Shown: in pieces, positions 31,726 to 41,909 of the stretch
Layout: each line of letters begins with the position of its first letter
How positions within the stretch are numbered: position 1 is the first letter of the stretch
Source of the DNA: Spirochaetota bacterium
GTDB taxonomy: Bacteria; Spirochaetota; UBA12135; COTS27; CBDBHE01
Assembly: GCA_965205605.1 (NCBI GenBank)
Contig: CBDBHE010000007.1
Span: forward strand, 224,001 to 288,000
Length of the DNA stretch: 64,000 bases
Reading direction: 5' to 3'
The notes under the pieces: generated by a model
The model's input: the letters and a program-made list of their open reading frames with translations, nothing else
Told to the model about the DNA's origin: nothing
Databases searched by the model: none
Translations under genes and position numbers: made by a program

Positions 31726-32826
31726 TTAAAGAGCTTGGTAACGTGCTTTTTCAAACACCAAAAAAGTTTCTAACAGCTTTTTCTCAAGTCTCCCTCCTTT
31801 TGCAACCCACCCTTGCTCTCCTTTTACTCCTTGAAACCATTTAAATGTGTCGAGTCCATGAAGACTTTCTTCCAATCCCAACAAATGAACCAAAACTATC
31901 AAAGCACATAAACCCACTTTTGTTTCAAAACAAGCACTCAAACACAAACGAATGTCATTTTTTTTGGCTAATTTTTTTAAAAAAAGAATTCTTGAAAACG
32001 ACCCAATCATCATTGGCTTTAAAACAAATGAATGCATAAACTCTGCTGGCTTTAAAGCCTTGGAAAATAAAGCTGAGAAACTTTCATCAATGCCAACACG
32101 CACTTTGGTTTTTTCATAAAAAATAGCAAGCTCCAAAGGATTTTGAAGAGGCTCTTCTATAAAATCAATAAAACAAGTCTCAAGCCCGGTAAAAAAACGA
32201 ATCGCTTGATTGAGTGACCAAGCTTGATTGGCATCTAAATGAAACGAAACCTTATCTCCTAAACTTACAAACAATTTATTTAAAAGACGCTGTTCTGTTT
32301 TAAACGATTTTCTACCAACTTTGATTTTAAAAGATGTAAAGCCTTGTTCATATAAACGCCAAACTTCCTCTTCTTTCTCACTTCCATCATCCCCACTGAT
32401 GAGCCCATGACAAAGTGTTCGTTTAGGAACAATGATTTTTTCTTTTCGCCTACGCCCATCTAAAAAAGCACTAAAAATTCCCCACCGAAGAGACGGCAAA
32501 CTCGTCAATGTATCGATATATAAACTAACTTTTTCTAAAAAAACTAATAATTCTTTTTTAGAAAAACTCCCTAAAAGAACTTCTTTTTCTAAAGGAAAAG
32601 CAATCGTTTTGAGATGAAACTTCTGCTTCCATTCTAAAAAAAGAGCTTGGATAGATTCTAAACTAATGCCCAAAAGAGGAGAAGCTTCACCATAACCCAC
32701 CTGACCCTCTTGATCTTGGAGCACAATAATAAGCCCTTCTCGTTTATTGGTTTTTTGATGACCTTTAAGAGCAAATGAAGAACGTAAATTAAACGAAAAC
32801 GAAAAAGCTTCAAATCGAAACAACAT
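31726..32826 (-). CDS. menC: o-succinylbenzoate synthase (enolase superfamily)
   Basis: REG, GYGEASPL.G.S.E, KIKVG, DANQ.W, EEP and DES. Confidence 0.85.
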   Translation of the reverse strand: MLFRFEAFSFSFNLRSSFALKGHQKTNKREGLIIVLQDQEGQVGYGEASPLLGISLESIQALFLEWKQKFHLKTIAFPLEKEVLLGSFSKKELLVFLEKVSLYIDTLTSLPSLRWGIFSAFLDGRRRKEKIIVPKRTLCHGLISGDDGSEKEEEVWRLYEQGFTSFKIKVGRKSFKTEQRLLNKLFVSLGDKVSFHLDANQAWSLNQAIRFFTGLETCFIDFIEEPLQNPLELAIFYEKTKVRVGIDESFSALFSKALKPAEFMHSFVLKPMMIGSFSRILFLKKLAKKNDIRLCLSACFETKVGLCALIVLVHLLGLEESLHGLDTFKWFQGVKGEQGWVAKGGRLEKKLLETFLVFEKARYQAL

Positions 32827-32870
32827 AGTAAAAAAAAATTAAAAACAATAAAAGTTGATAATTTTATCTT

Positions 32871-33644
32871 ATGATTATAAATTCAAAGATGCTTCTTTTT
32901 GGTAAAAAAAAATTCTTTCTTCTGATTTTTTTAATTTTATTTAAAACGTCTTCTATTTTTGCAGCTGACGTTGAAGTCGGCATCAACTATTTTTTTCCTC
33001 TTTATCAAGATCAAGTCGGCCCTTTATCTCAAAGTATTACCCCAATTTCTTTTGAAATTCCTTTCGATATCACGTCTTTTTTTAGCCTTAACCCAACGCT
33101 AAACTTAATGTCAATTGGTGGCTTTAGTTTTAAAGGCAATGCTATTTTTAACAAAGCAAAGGGCTCTATGTTGCAAGCTCACCATTCATTATTACTAGAG
33201 CTGATTCCAGAATTAAAATTAAGGGTTAGTAAATCGTTTCAAGTAAAAATTGGAGTGGGGGGATTTTTATTTTATAACTTGGGCATGCCTTTAAGTCGTA
33301 ATATTGATAATACCCTCAGATCAGCACTTGATTTTGAAAGTTTAACAACCGATAACCTTAAGATTAAACCCAATCATCTAAGTCATTTAGGCTATGGCTT
33401 GACCTATCGCCTCTTGCTCTCTCCTAAATTAAGTAAACACCTTTCTCTTAATTTTGGAGCCGAATACCTAAAAGGAGAAGGTTTCCCATTTCAGCTAACA
33501 GGGACCTATACTGGCATTAAAAAAGGAAGTAGCACTACTACTATTATCAAAGAAAAAATTGAATCCATCGATGGACTTGAAAATACAAGACTAGATTTTA
33601 CAGGATTTAAACTGATTTTTTCAGTTTCTCTTGTGATTCTTTAA
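32871..33644 (+). CDS. Hypothetical exported protein, probable outer-membrane beta-barrel
   Basis: Signal peptide ending IFA-AD, amphipathic strands (IGVGGFLFY, LGYGLTY, NFGAEY) and a terminal strand. Confidence 0.55.
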   Translation: MIINSKMLLFGKKKFFLLIFLILFKTSSIFAADVEVGINYFFPLYQDQVGPLSQSITPISFEIPFDITSFFSLNPTLNLMSIGGFSFKGNAIFNKAKGSMLQAHHSLLLELIPELKLRVSKSFQVKIGVGGFLFYNLGMPLSRNIDNTLRSALDFESLTTDNLKIKPNHLSHLGYGLTYRLLLSPKLSKHLSLNFGAEYLKGEGFPFQLTGTYTGIKKGSSTTTIIKEKIESIDGLENTRLDFTGFKLIFSVSLVIL

Positions 33645-33745
33645 AAAGTCACGCTTATGCTTCACAAAAACCAGTGTTTTTTTAATGTAATAAAAAAAAA
33701 ATATAACAAACGAAAAATATAATTGTTTATTTAACTATCTAATTT

Positions 33746-34645
33746 TTATTTATTTTTAATAGGGTCTTTCTGATTTGTTTGTGATTTTTGAGGGGAGACT
33801 TGCTTAGCAGCAGCAGAAGAAGAAGGAATGTTTTTAGCAGAAACAGCACCCTCTAAGTCGGGGATAATCAATATTTGACCGGGAAAAATCAAATCAGGAT
33901 CCTTAATATTAGTTTTATTAGCTTTATAAATGAGCTTCCACTTTAAAGCATCATTATAGACAAAATCATAACTTGAAATACGCCAAAGACAATCTCTTTT
34001 TCCAGGCAAGTAGCGGACTTCATACGTGCCGTCTTTTTTTTGACTTACCACGATATTACCTTTCCCTTTTACAGATTTTCTAGCCCCTTCAATCGCCCTA
34101 TCAATAAGGACAATGCCTTCTTCAATGATTTTTTTAGCTTTAGGAAGGGTTTCTTCTGTTTCAATTAGCCCAATGCTTTCAACAGCTATCCCATAGGCTT
34201 TGTTATAACTTTTAGGATCTTTTTTCTCTACAGCCAAATGCTTGGCAACGGCCATACGAAACCAAAGCCAATTATGTCTTTTTTTAATATTTTTATACTC
34301 TTCAATCTCTTTAGAAATACGAGACGACTCATTAGCAAATGTAATGGCCTCATCATAACGCCCAAGTTGTTCTGCCTGTTTTGAACTTTCAAGCAACTCA
34401 CTTGCTTTTTCTTCTCTCTGGGCATACGTAAGTTTTTTTACCTCTTCTTTTTTTACTTCTTCTTTAGCTTCTTCACCAGTGGCCACTTGGGGTGCTTTTG
34501 CGTCTTGAGCGTCGAGTAGTGAAGTCAAAAACAAACTCCCTCCTAGTAAAAAAATAAACACGACTCTGTTGAAAGAAAACTTTTTTAAAAAAAGAAGCCC
34601 TAAGAGATTGATTAAAAAATTATTTTTTGTTCTTAAACGTTTCAT
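33746..34645 (-). CDS. Exported LysM peptidoglycan-binding protein (spirochaete type)
   Basis: YEV...RDCLWRIS...VY....W..IY.AN...I.DPDLIFPGQ.L.IP, preceded by a helical N-terminal region and a signal peptide. Confidence 0.88.
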   Translation of the reverse strand: MKRLRTKNNFLINLLGLLFLKKFSFNRVVFIFLLGGSLFLTSLLDAQDAKAPQVATGEEAKEEVKKEEVKKLTYAQREEKASELLESSKQAEQLGRYDEAITFANESSRISKEIEEYKNIKKRHNWLWFRMAVAKHLAVEKKDPKSYNKAYGIAVESIGLIETEETLPKAKKIIEEGIVLIDRAIEGARKSVKGKGNIVVSQKKDGTYEVRYLPGKRDCLWRISSYDFVYNDALKWKLIYKANKTNIKDPDLIFPGQILIIPDLEGAVSAKNIPSSSAAAKQVSPQKSQTNQKDPIKNK

Positions 34646-35528
34646 AATATTCCTTTACTGATTGATCATTTTTTTCATCGATTTCTTCTTTCACATCAAC
34701 ATTAATTTCAGTTGCTTTCTTAAATGAATCTTTTGCTTGTTGGTAGGCTTTTTGAGCCAAGATGGCTTTTTCTTTTGTCTTTGCAATGAGCCCCTCGAGC
34801 CCCTCTTTTACAGAAGGCCCAAGCTCACTTGCCTCTTGATAAGAACGCTGAGTGATTAAATCTTGTAATTGAATAAAGGAATTACTCACAAGCTGATACT
34901 CAGAGGGAAAAGCAACATCGGCCTTATAAGCTTTAGCTTCGTTTAATAGAGCCTCCATTTCAAGTAAAAAAGCATTTCCTCTCTGTGAAAGCACTTGAAA
35001 ATTTTCTTTTAATTGTTCCAAAGATTTCTTAAAAGATTTTAAAACTTCATACGCTTGTTCATATTCTTTTTTTTCCCCCAGATTAATCGCTTGATTTAAA
35101 AGGGCTTGGGTTTCTTCAAAATCATTTTTAAGCTCTCGATTGGCATTTTGACCTTGTAAGTCTTGCATCTCTTTGCTACCCTCCGCCACTAGCTCCTTGA
35201 CATAAAAAACTAAGGCATTACTATAAGCTTCTTCAGATTGTTTAATTGATAAATTATATTTGTTTTTTGCTTGTGTATTTTTAGGGCTTTTTCCTTTATC
35301 AACGATGAGCTTACTACCTTCTTCATTTAACGTACTCGCTTCTAAATAGGGTTTTTCTGCATAGGTCTCTGCTTTGACTTCTTTGGCTTTTTCAAGACTC
35401 TCCATGGCTTGTTTCTTCTCTTGGTAGGGGGCAAGGGTGGCTTTCATACAAGCACTAAAACTAAAAAACAAACTCACAAAAATAATGAAAGAAGAAACGA
35501 TTCTTTTTTGATTTGACACGACTACCAA
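34620..35528 (-). CDS. Helical-repeat lipoprotein (DUF4398-like)
   Basis: Lipobox FSAC and repeated A...AK...A...A...Y..A helical units. Confidence 0.65.
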   Translation of the reverse strand: MVVVSNQKRIVSSFIIFVSLFFSFSACMKATLAPYQEKKQAMESLEKAKEVKAETYAEKPYLEASTLNEEGSKLIVDKGKSPKNTQAKNKYNLSIKQSEEAYSNALVFYVKELVAEGSKEMQDLQGQNANRELKNDFEETQALLNQAINLGEKKEYEQAYEVLKSFKKSLEQLKENFQVLSQRGNAFLLEMEALLNEAKAYKADVAFPSEYQLVSNSFIQLQDLITQRSYQEASELGPSVKEGLEGLIAKTKEKAILAQKAYQQAKDSFKKATEINVDVKEEIDEKNDQSVKEYYETFKNKK

Positions 35529-35914
35529 CCCTTTTTAAAATAACCTATTTTAAAAAATTTTTTTTTTTAAAAACTACATTAGACTAAATAAATTAAAATA
35601 GCAACCTTTTACAGCAAACTTTTTTTTTTTTTCAACTTATACACAACATTCGTCATCTCTGCTTCATAAAGTCGTTAGCCATCGCCTTTTGAAAAAAATT
35701 CATCTCATTAGATTCATTAACTGATTTCTATTTTTTCTGATAAGTTTTTTTTAAGTTAACTTGAAACAAGTTCATCTTTTTTTTCATTCAATTTAAACAA
35801 AAAATAGAATTTTTTTTTATTGATATAAATTGTTTTTTTAAAAAAAATCTTATTTTCTTTAAAAAAATCTAAAAAAAAAACAGATTCTGACCTCTAAACA
35901 AGGAAATTTTTTAA

Positions 35915-35972
35915 AAGTGATTAATCAATGTTAAGCTTAAATCAGTTCTATGTTTTTCAAGTGATTAATCAA
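35915..35972 (+). promoter_or_regulatory. Duplicated palindrome, candidate operator upstream of glnA
   Basis: AAGTGATTAATCAA occurs at 35915-35928 and 35959-35972, 44 bp apart; the core TGATTAATCA is palindromic. Confidence 0.5.
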
Positions 35973-36011
35973 AAAAAAATCAAAAGTAGCAAGAAATAAG
36001 GAGTAACTGAC

Positions 36012-37418
36012 ATGAAATCAGCTAGTGACATTATTAAACTTATTAAAGACAACAACATTGAGTTTGTTGATTTTCAACTAGGAGATCTATTTGGTAAATT
36101 ACACCATTTTACTCTCCCTACTAACGTTATCAACGAAGAAGCATTAAATGAAGGCTTTTCTTTTGATGGATCCTCTATTAGGCAGTGGCAAGGAATTGAA
36201 CAATCTGACATGCTCATTAAAATCGATCTTTCAAGTGTGTATGAAGACCCTTTTAGAGAAAAAAAAACCCTTTGTTTTTTTTGCGACATTTACAACCCTA
36301 GGACAGAAAAAAGGTATGAAAAAGACCCTCGGTCGATTCTTTTCAAAGCGCTTGAATATTTAAAATCAAGTGGGATTGGAGATCAAGTTTTTTTTGGGCC
36401 TGAGCCAGAGTTTTTTATTTTTGATTCGATTCGTTATGCGAGTGAAAAACATAGCTCTTTTTACGAAATTGATAGTGTTGAAGGGCCATGGACGAGTGGA
36501 GACCCAGATAGCCTAGGTCATAAACTGGCTCACAAGGGAGGTTATTTTCCTGTTTCTCCTTCAGACACGCTTGTTGACTTTAGAAATGAAACGAGTGTCA
36601 ATATGCAAAAAATGGGGATGATTGTTGAAATGCATCATCACGAAGTCGCCTCAGCAGGGCAATGTGAAATCGATATTCGCTATGATGAAGCCATTAAATC
36701 AGCTGATAATATACACAAATTAAAATATGCGGTAAAAAATACAGCTTATAAAAATGGAAAAACAGCTACCTTCATGCCCAAACCTCTTTTTGGAGACAAT
36801 GGAAGTGGCATGCACATTCATTCGTCGATTTGGAAAAACGGCAAAAACCTCTATGCTGGAAATGACTATGCCAAACTCAGTGAGCAAGCTCTTTATGCCA
36901 TTGGCGGGATCTTAAAGCATGGAAAAGCGATACAAGTCTTTACCAACCCGACTGCCAATTCCTATAAGCGACTCATTCCCGGTTTTGAAGCTCCTGTCAA
37001 ACTAAGTTATTCGGCTACCAATCGTTCAGCAACGATTCGCATTCCTTTTACAACAAATGATAAAGCAAGACGGATCGAGTTTCGCTGTCCTGATTCAAGT
37101 GGATGCCCGTATCTAAGCTACGCCGCCATTTTAATGGCAAGCATTGATGGCATTGAAAACAAAATCCACCCGGGGCCTCCAACTGATAAAAATCTCTACA
37201 ACCTTTCTAAAAGTGAAAATAAAAAACTCGTCTCAACTTGTCAGTCTCAACAAGAAGCCATTGGAGAGCTAAGAAAAAATATCTCTTGGTTAACCAAAAA
37301 CAATGTCTTCACTAAAGAAGCTATCGAATCTTATCTCTCTTACCGTGAATCTGAAGAAATCTTACCTTTAAAAATGCGTGTTAATCCTTATGAGTTTAAG
37401 CTTTATTACGATTGCTAG
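36012..37418 (+). CDS. glnA: Glutamine synthetase type I
   Basis: FDGSSI, GPEPEFF, HHEVA, TFMPKP..GDNGSGMH.H, NSYKRL.PGFEAP, NRSA.IRIP and RIEFRCPD. AAGGAG RBS. Confidence 0.98.
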   Translation: MKSASDIIKLIKDNNIEFVDFQLGDLFGKLHHFTLPTNVINEEALNEGFSFDGSSIRQWQGIEQSDMLIKIDLSSVYEDPFREKKTLCFFCDIYNPRTEKRYEKDPRSILFKALEYLKSSGIGDQVFFGPEPEFFIFDSIRYASEKHSSFYEIDSVEGPWTSGDPDSLGHKLAHKGGYFPVSPSDTLVDFRNETSVNMQKMGMIVEMHHHEVASAGQCEIDIRYDEAIKSADNIHKLKYAVKNTAYKNGKTATFMPKPLFGDNGSGMHIHSSIWKNGKNLYAGNDYAKLSEQALYAIGGILKHGKAIQVFTNPTANSYKRLIPGFEAPVKLSYSATNRSATIRIPFTTNDKARRIEFRCPDSSGCPYLSYAAILMASIDGIENKIHPGPPTDKNLYNLSKSENKKLVSTCQSQQEAIGELRKNISWLTKNNVFTKEAIESYLSYRESEEILPLKMRVNPYEFKLYYDC

Positions 37419-37477
37419 GGGGGGCTTCATAAGAGTTATCAAATTTAACGACTCTTACTGATTTGTGATGAACCGAT

Positions 37478-37522
37478 AAAGATGTCTGTTTTAAACCCCT
37501 TAAAGCAGACGTCTTTTTTTTT
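37478..37522 (+). terminator. Rho-independent terminator of glnA
   Basis: Stem AAAGATGTCTGTTTTAA / TTAAAGCAGACGTCTTT followed by a T-run. Confidence 0.75.
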
Positions 37523-37600
37523 CTTATTTTTCTTTCAAAAAAACTTAGCTTAAAAACTTAGCTTATAAGACCATGATAAGATTCAAAATAAAAATATTTC

Positions 37601-38539
37601 ATGGTCGCTATTCATCTCAAATCAGTCACAAAACAATTTAAAAAACTTACCGCCATTAAGCACCTTTCTTTAACCATTAATGAAGGAGAATCCGTGGCTC
37701 TGCTCGGCTCCAATGGAGCAGGAAAAACAACTCTCGTTGAAATGATTGAAGGTTTTGAAAAACCCACTCAAGGAAAGATTTTAATTTTTAATCAAAGCTG
37801 GTCTTCATTTGCCTCAAAGATCAAAAAACAAATGGGAGTCTGTCTTCAAGAAAATCATTTTTCAGAACAATTGACTGTCCTTGAAACCCTTCATCTTTTT
37901 GCTCGCCTTTATCACATTCATCCTTCAAAGTGTGAAAAACTATTACAACAATTCTCTCTTCAAGAAAAAAAAAAGACTCGCATTAAAACTCTCTCAGGAG
38001 GTCAAAAACAACGCCTCGCTCTTGCCATTGCTCTCATTCACAATCCTAAAATCATCATTTTAGACGAACCAACAACGGGACTAGACCCTCGTGCTAGAAA
38101 AAACCTTTGGCAACTTCTCCTTACTTTAAAAAAAAATCGCACCTTATTTCTAACGACTCACTACATGCAAGAAGCCGAAAATCTTTGTAAACGCATTCTC
38201 ATTTTACATCGAGGCATTCTCTTAGAAGACCTTGCTTTACAAACCATTTATGAAAAAACAAAAGCCTATCAAATCATCGAGTTTAAAACAAATAAAAAAC
38301 CCAATGAAACCACCATGAAATCCATCAAAGGAGTTGTGAGTTATCGTTGGAATGACCCTCAAAAACAAGCCCATCTTGAAGTCAAAGGACTGGAGGGAAG
38401 CGTGGAGCAAGTTTTAAAAATCATCAAAGAACATCAAATTAAACTCACTGACTTAGAGTTTCGAAAAAAAAACTTGGAAGATCTTTTTATTGAGCTTACT
38501 GGAAACAAATTAAATGAAGAAAAAGAAAAGCTCTCATGA
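37601..38539 (+). CDS. ABC-2 type exporter ATP-binding protein
   Basis: GSNGAGKTT, LSGGQKQR, LDEPTTGLDP and TTHYM.EAE. Confidence 0.92.
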   Translation: MVAIHLKSVTKQFKKLTAIKHLSLTINEGESVALLGSNGAGKTTLVEMIEGFEKPTQGKILIFNQSWSSFASKIKKQMGVCLQENHFSEQLTVLETLHLFARLYHIHPSKCEKLLQQFSLQEKKKTRIKTLSGGQKQRLALAIALIHNPKIIILDEPTTGLDPRARKNLWQLLLTLKKNRTLFLTTHYMQEAENLCKRILILHRGILLEDLALQTIYEKTKAYQIIEFKTNKKPNETTMKSIKGVVSYRWNDPQKQAHLEVKGLEGSVEQVLKIIKEHQIKLTDLEFRKKNLEDLFIELTGNKLNEEKEKLS

Positions 38540-39573
38540 CCGTAAGCATTATTTTTGAAATCTATAAAACTCAATTAAAAGAGTTTTTAAGACAGCCTGC
38601 TGGCATTTTTTGGGGAATGGTCTTTCCCATTGTCATGAGCTGGACTTTAGGAACGATTTTTTCTAAACCAAAGTCACTCGGAGAGATTGCAATCATTGAA
38701 AATCATCATTTTTCTCTTTCTCATTTACAAACCCTTAAAGAGCATCCTCTATTTTCAAACCTTTCCCTAAAACTCCTTTCAAAACAACAAGCTGAAAATA
38801 AAGTTAGTCAAGGCCTTTTATTTTTTTATTTAGAAAAAACTTCCTCCAAGCATTTTCAAGCTTACTTTAATCCAAAGCATCCTCCCTCTTATCAAACTTA
38901 TTTACACCTTCAAGATCTTTTTAGGCAAAAACAAAATAAAACTTCATTCCTTAAGATCAAAGCCATTAAAACCAAGCAAAAGCGTTATATTGATTTTCTT
39001 TTTGCAGGGATTATTACCCTCATGGTTGTTAATTCTTGCCTTTGGGGCATTGGTTATGCCCTTGTCGAAAGGCGAATCAAGAAAGTGTTAAAACGAATGA
39101 CGGGAACTCTAATGAGTAAAATTGATTTTATTATAGCGACATTTCTTTCAAGATTCACGATTAATATGGTTGAGTTTTTAATTTTTTTTATTTTCATCTT
39201 TTTCAGTTTTCAGATCAAGATTGAAAATGGATTTTTATTTATGCTGTTGTTTATAATGGGCAACATGACATTTACGGCACTGGCGTTTTTAGTGGCATCA
39301 CGCACAGAAAGTTCGCATACGATTAGTGGCTTGATTAATGCCGTTGTGATTCCGATGATGTTTTTTTCTGAGATTTTTTTTCCTTTGCAAAACTTCCCTT
39401 TTTGGCTCAAAAAAATCTTTTATTTCTTCCCTTCTACTCTTTTAGTCCATGGACTGAGAAACACCTCTCAAAACGAAGTCTCTTTTGTAACCATCACCCC
39501 TACTTTTGGGCTTTTTGCAATAATGAGCTTTTTATTTTTGACCCTCAGTATGAAATGGTTTAAGTGGTATTAA
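38536..39573 (+). CDS. ABC-2 type exporter permease
   Basis: ATGA overlap with the ATPase gene; N-terminal TM, extracellular loop and about five further TMs; RYIDFL..G. Confidence 0.88.
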   Translation: MTVSIIFEIYKTQLKEFLRQPAGIFWGMVFPIVMSWTLGTIFSKPKSLGEIAIIENHHFSLSHLQTLKEHPLFSNLSLKLLSKQQAENKVSQGLLFFYLEKTSSKHFQAYFNPKHPPSYQTYLHLQDLFRQKQNKTSFLKIKAIKTKQKRYIDFLFAGIITLMVVNSCLWGIGYALVERRIKKVLKRMTGTLMSKIDFIIATFLSRFTINMVEFLIFFIFIFFSFQIKIENGFLFMLLFIMGNMTFTALAFLVASRTESSHTISGLINAVVIPMMFFSEIFFPLQNFPFWLKKIFYFFPSTLLVHGLRNTSQNEVSFVTITPTFGLFAIMSFLFLTLSMKWFKWY

Positions 39574-39661
39574 TTTTTTTTTTTAAGTAACCCCACTCAC
39601 TTGTCATTAATCAAATTAAGCTTTATAATAGTATCACTTATTTTCAAAAAGGGGACATCTT

Positions 39662-40087
39662 ATGAAATCATTATTTTTTTTAAGCCAGTTTTGCTTGCTA
39701 CTGATATTTCAAGCAAAGGAATTAAAAGCCGGAGAAAATACTTTTGTCAAAGTTGCTAAATTAAAACAAATTGAAACCTTATCGATTAACAAAAAAAGCA
39801 ATACTATTTTTTACTTTTGGGCAGAGTGGTGTCCTCCTTGCAAAAAATTTGGACCCATTTATAAAAAAATCGCTAAAAAATTAAGGAAAAAAAACATTGT
39901 TTTTTATAAAGTAGATGTTGATGAAGACAAAAAAACTTTTAAAACATACCAAAAAAAAAACAAGATCGAAGGCATCCCAACAGTGCTTTTGTTTAACCCT
40001 GAGGGCGTTTTATTAAAAAAAGTACTGGGATACCATTCTTACAAATCTCTGATGAAAATAATCAAAAAAACACTTAAGGAATCATAA
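39662..40087 (+). CDS. Exported thioredoxin-family protein
   Basis: Signal peptide, FWAEWCPPC and GIPT. Confidence 0.85.
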   Translation: MKSLFFLSQFCLLLIFQAKELKAGENTFVKVAKLKQIETLSINKKSNTIFYFWAEWCPPCKKFGPIYKKIAKKLRKKNIVFYKVDVDEDKKTFKTYQKKNKIEGIPTVLLFNPEGVLLKKVLGYHSYKSLMKIIKKTLKES

Positions 40088-40089
40088 AA

Positions 40090-40683
40090 ATGAAATTTTT
40101 AAACCCATATAAAAAATTAATAATAATCACTTTTTTAATCATCGCAAGCACTCTATTTGCTCAAAAACAGCTCCCTATAAAAAAAGGAAGCATTACCTGG
40201 ATAGGAAGCAAAATAGGCTCTTCTCATAACGGAACCATTAATCTTAAAAAAGGATTTTTTCTTCTTGACAAAAAAAGAAACGTTAGCGGATGCCACATCG
40301 AAATCGACATGAGCAGTATCAAAAACAAAGACATTAAAAGTAAAAAATACAATAAAAAATTGGTTAATCACTTAAAAAATAAAGACTTTTTTGATGTCGA
40401 AAAACATCCTCTGGCAACCTTTCATTGTAGTAAAGTCATTAGTGAAAAGAAAGCCAAAACAAGTCATGTTTTTTCTGGTACCATGACCATTCGAGGCGTC
40501 AGTCAAAAGGCTGATATCCCTGTGATGCTTAGCAAAAAAGGAAAAGGTTATTTACTAAAAGCTAATTTAAAAATTAATCGCACTGATTATGGCATTAAAT
40601 ATAACTCAAAAAAGTTTTTTAAAAACTTAGGGGATCATTTAATTAAAGATAAATTTGAAATTTCTCTTTCTTTAAAAAGTTAA
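40090..40683 (+). CDS. YceI family lipid/polyisoprenoid-binding protein
   Basis: W.G.K...H.G, IDM.SI, L..HLK..DFFDV..HP and INRT.YGI.Y.S. Confidence 0.9.
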   Translation: MKFLNPYKKLIIITFLIIASTLFAQKQLPIKKGSITWIGSKIGSSHNGTINLKKGFFLLDKKRNVSGCHIEIDMSSIKNKDIKSKKYNKKLVNHLKNKDFFDVEKHPLATFHCSKVISEKKAKTSHVFSGTMTIRGVSQKADIPVMLSKKGKGYLLKANLKINRTDYGIKYNSKKFFKNLGDHLIKDKFEISLSLKS

Positions 40684-40719
40684 CAAAAAAAATCCATCAA
40701 ACTCAAGTCCATGGCTTCT

Positions 40720-41697
40720 TTATTTTTTAGAAGTCATGGCTTGAATAATTTTTTGGGCGTGCTTGCGTCCATTTTCGATAAAAATACTTCCTGTTTCATC
40801 AATCCCCGCTCCAATCACTCCCGCTAAGTAGAGTCCCTTGACATTGCTTTCCATCGTGTTTTCATTAAGCACAGGGGTTTTGTTACTTCCTTTGAGTTTA
40901 ATTCCCATTTTCTCAAGCATTTCATAATTGCCATGATATCCCGTTAAAAGCAGGACTTCATCGACGTTTAAATGAAATGATGTTTGTTTGTTTTCATCCA
41001 AACAAATCACTTTTTTTCCTTCCTTCTCAATAGAGGTCACCCTTGTACTAAGATGCAAGTCAATGCTACCTTCTTTAATACGATTTTGAAAATCCGGCTT
41101 GAGCCAATATTTAATTCTTGAATGCAGCTCTTTTTTGTAATGCACTAAGGTTACTTGTTTAGAACCATAGCGAAAACATTCTAACGCAGCCTCTACGGCT
41201 GAATTAGCTCCTCCCACAATGAGAATTTTTTTTCCATAATAAAAATGAGGCCCCTTATAATAATGTGAGACAAACTTAAGGCTTTCTCCTTTAACACCGA
41301 GCATGTTTGGGCAATCATAAAGCCCTATCGCCACAATCACTTTTTGACTCTCATACGTTTTTCCAATTGCTGTTTCAACGCTAAAACCATGCTTTTGTTT
41401 CACCACTTGGCTGACTTCTTGGTTAAAACAAAAATTTAAATCAAAGCTTTCACTAACCCGTTTATAATAAGTAAGCAAATCTTGTTTTTTAGGCTTATGA
41501 CCTTTATCAAGAAAAGGAATACCGGCAATTTCAAGACGTTCGGTAGTAGAAAAAAAAGTAGCTTGATCGGGTAAACGGTAAAGGGCATCCGTTAAAACTC
41601 CTTTTTCTAAAATCAAATGTCTCAGATTTTTCTGCTGGCAAGCGACCCCACAAGCAATCCCTATAGGACCCGCTCCAATAATAATGACTTCATCCAT
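40720..41697 (-). CDS. ypdA: YpdA-family FAD-dependent disulfide reductase (putative bacillithiol disulfide reductase)
   Basis: IIGAGPIG, FFST...LEI, SHYY, GGANSAV.AALE and FIENGR.H; lacks the thioredoxin-reductase CxxC. Confidence 0.85.
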   Translation of the reverse strand: MDEVIIIGAGPIGIACGVACQQKNLRHLILEKGVLTDALYRLPDQATFFSTTERLEIAGIPFLDKGHKPKKQDLLTYYKRVSESFDLNFCFNQEVSQVVKQKHGFSVETAIGKTYESQKVIVAIGLYDCPNMLGVKGESLKFVSHYYKGPHFYYGKKILIVGGANSAVEAALECFRYGSKQVTLVHYKKELHSRIKYWLKPDFQNRIKEGSIDLHLSTRVTSIEKEGKKVICLDENKQTSFHLNVDEVLLLTGYHGNYEMLEKMGIKLKGSNKTPVLNENTMESNVKGLYLAGVIGAGIDETGSIFIENGRKHAQKIIQAMTSKK

Positions 41698-41909
41698 ATA
41701 ATTTAAACTTCATTTTAAAGTTGATTGATGATTTTATGTTAATCTTTTTATTTGTCTAAAGCAATTGACTTTTTAAGAAAAAAGAGTTATTTTAATAGTC
41801 AAAAAAATAATGGTTTAATTTTAAAAATTAAATCACATCAATGATTTTTTTTTAAATAAAAAAAAAATTAATCAAAATACAACATTAATTTTTAGGAAGG
41901 ATAAAACTT

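Noticed and set aside
41765-41802. TTGACT...AGTCAA inverted pair upstream of htpX as a CIRCE/heat-shock operator
   Set aside because: It does not match CIRCE (TTAGCACTC-N9-GAGTGCTAA) and is explained more simply as -35 boxes of the divergent htpX and ypdA promoters.
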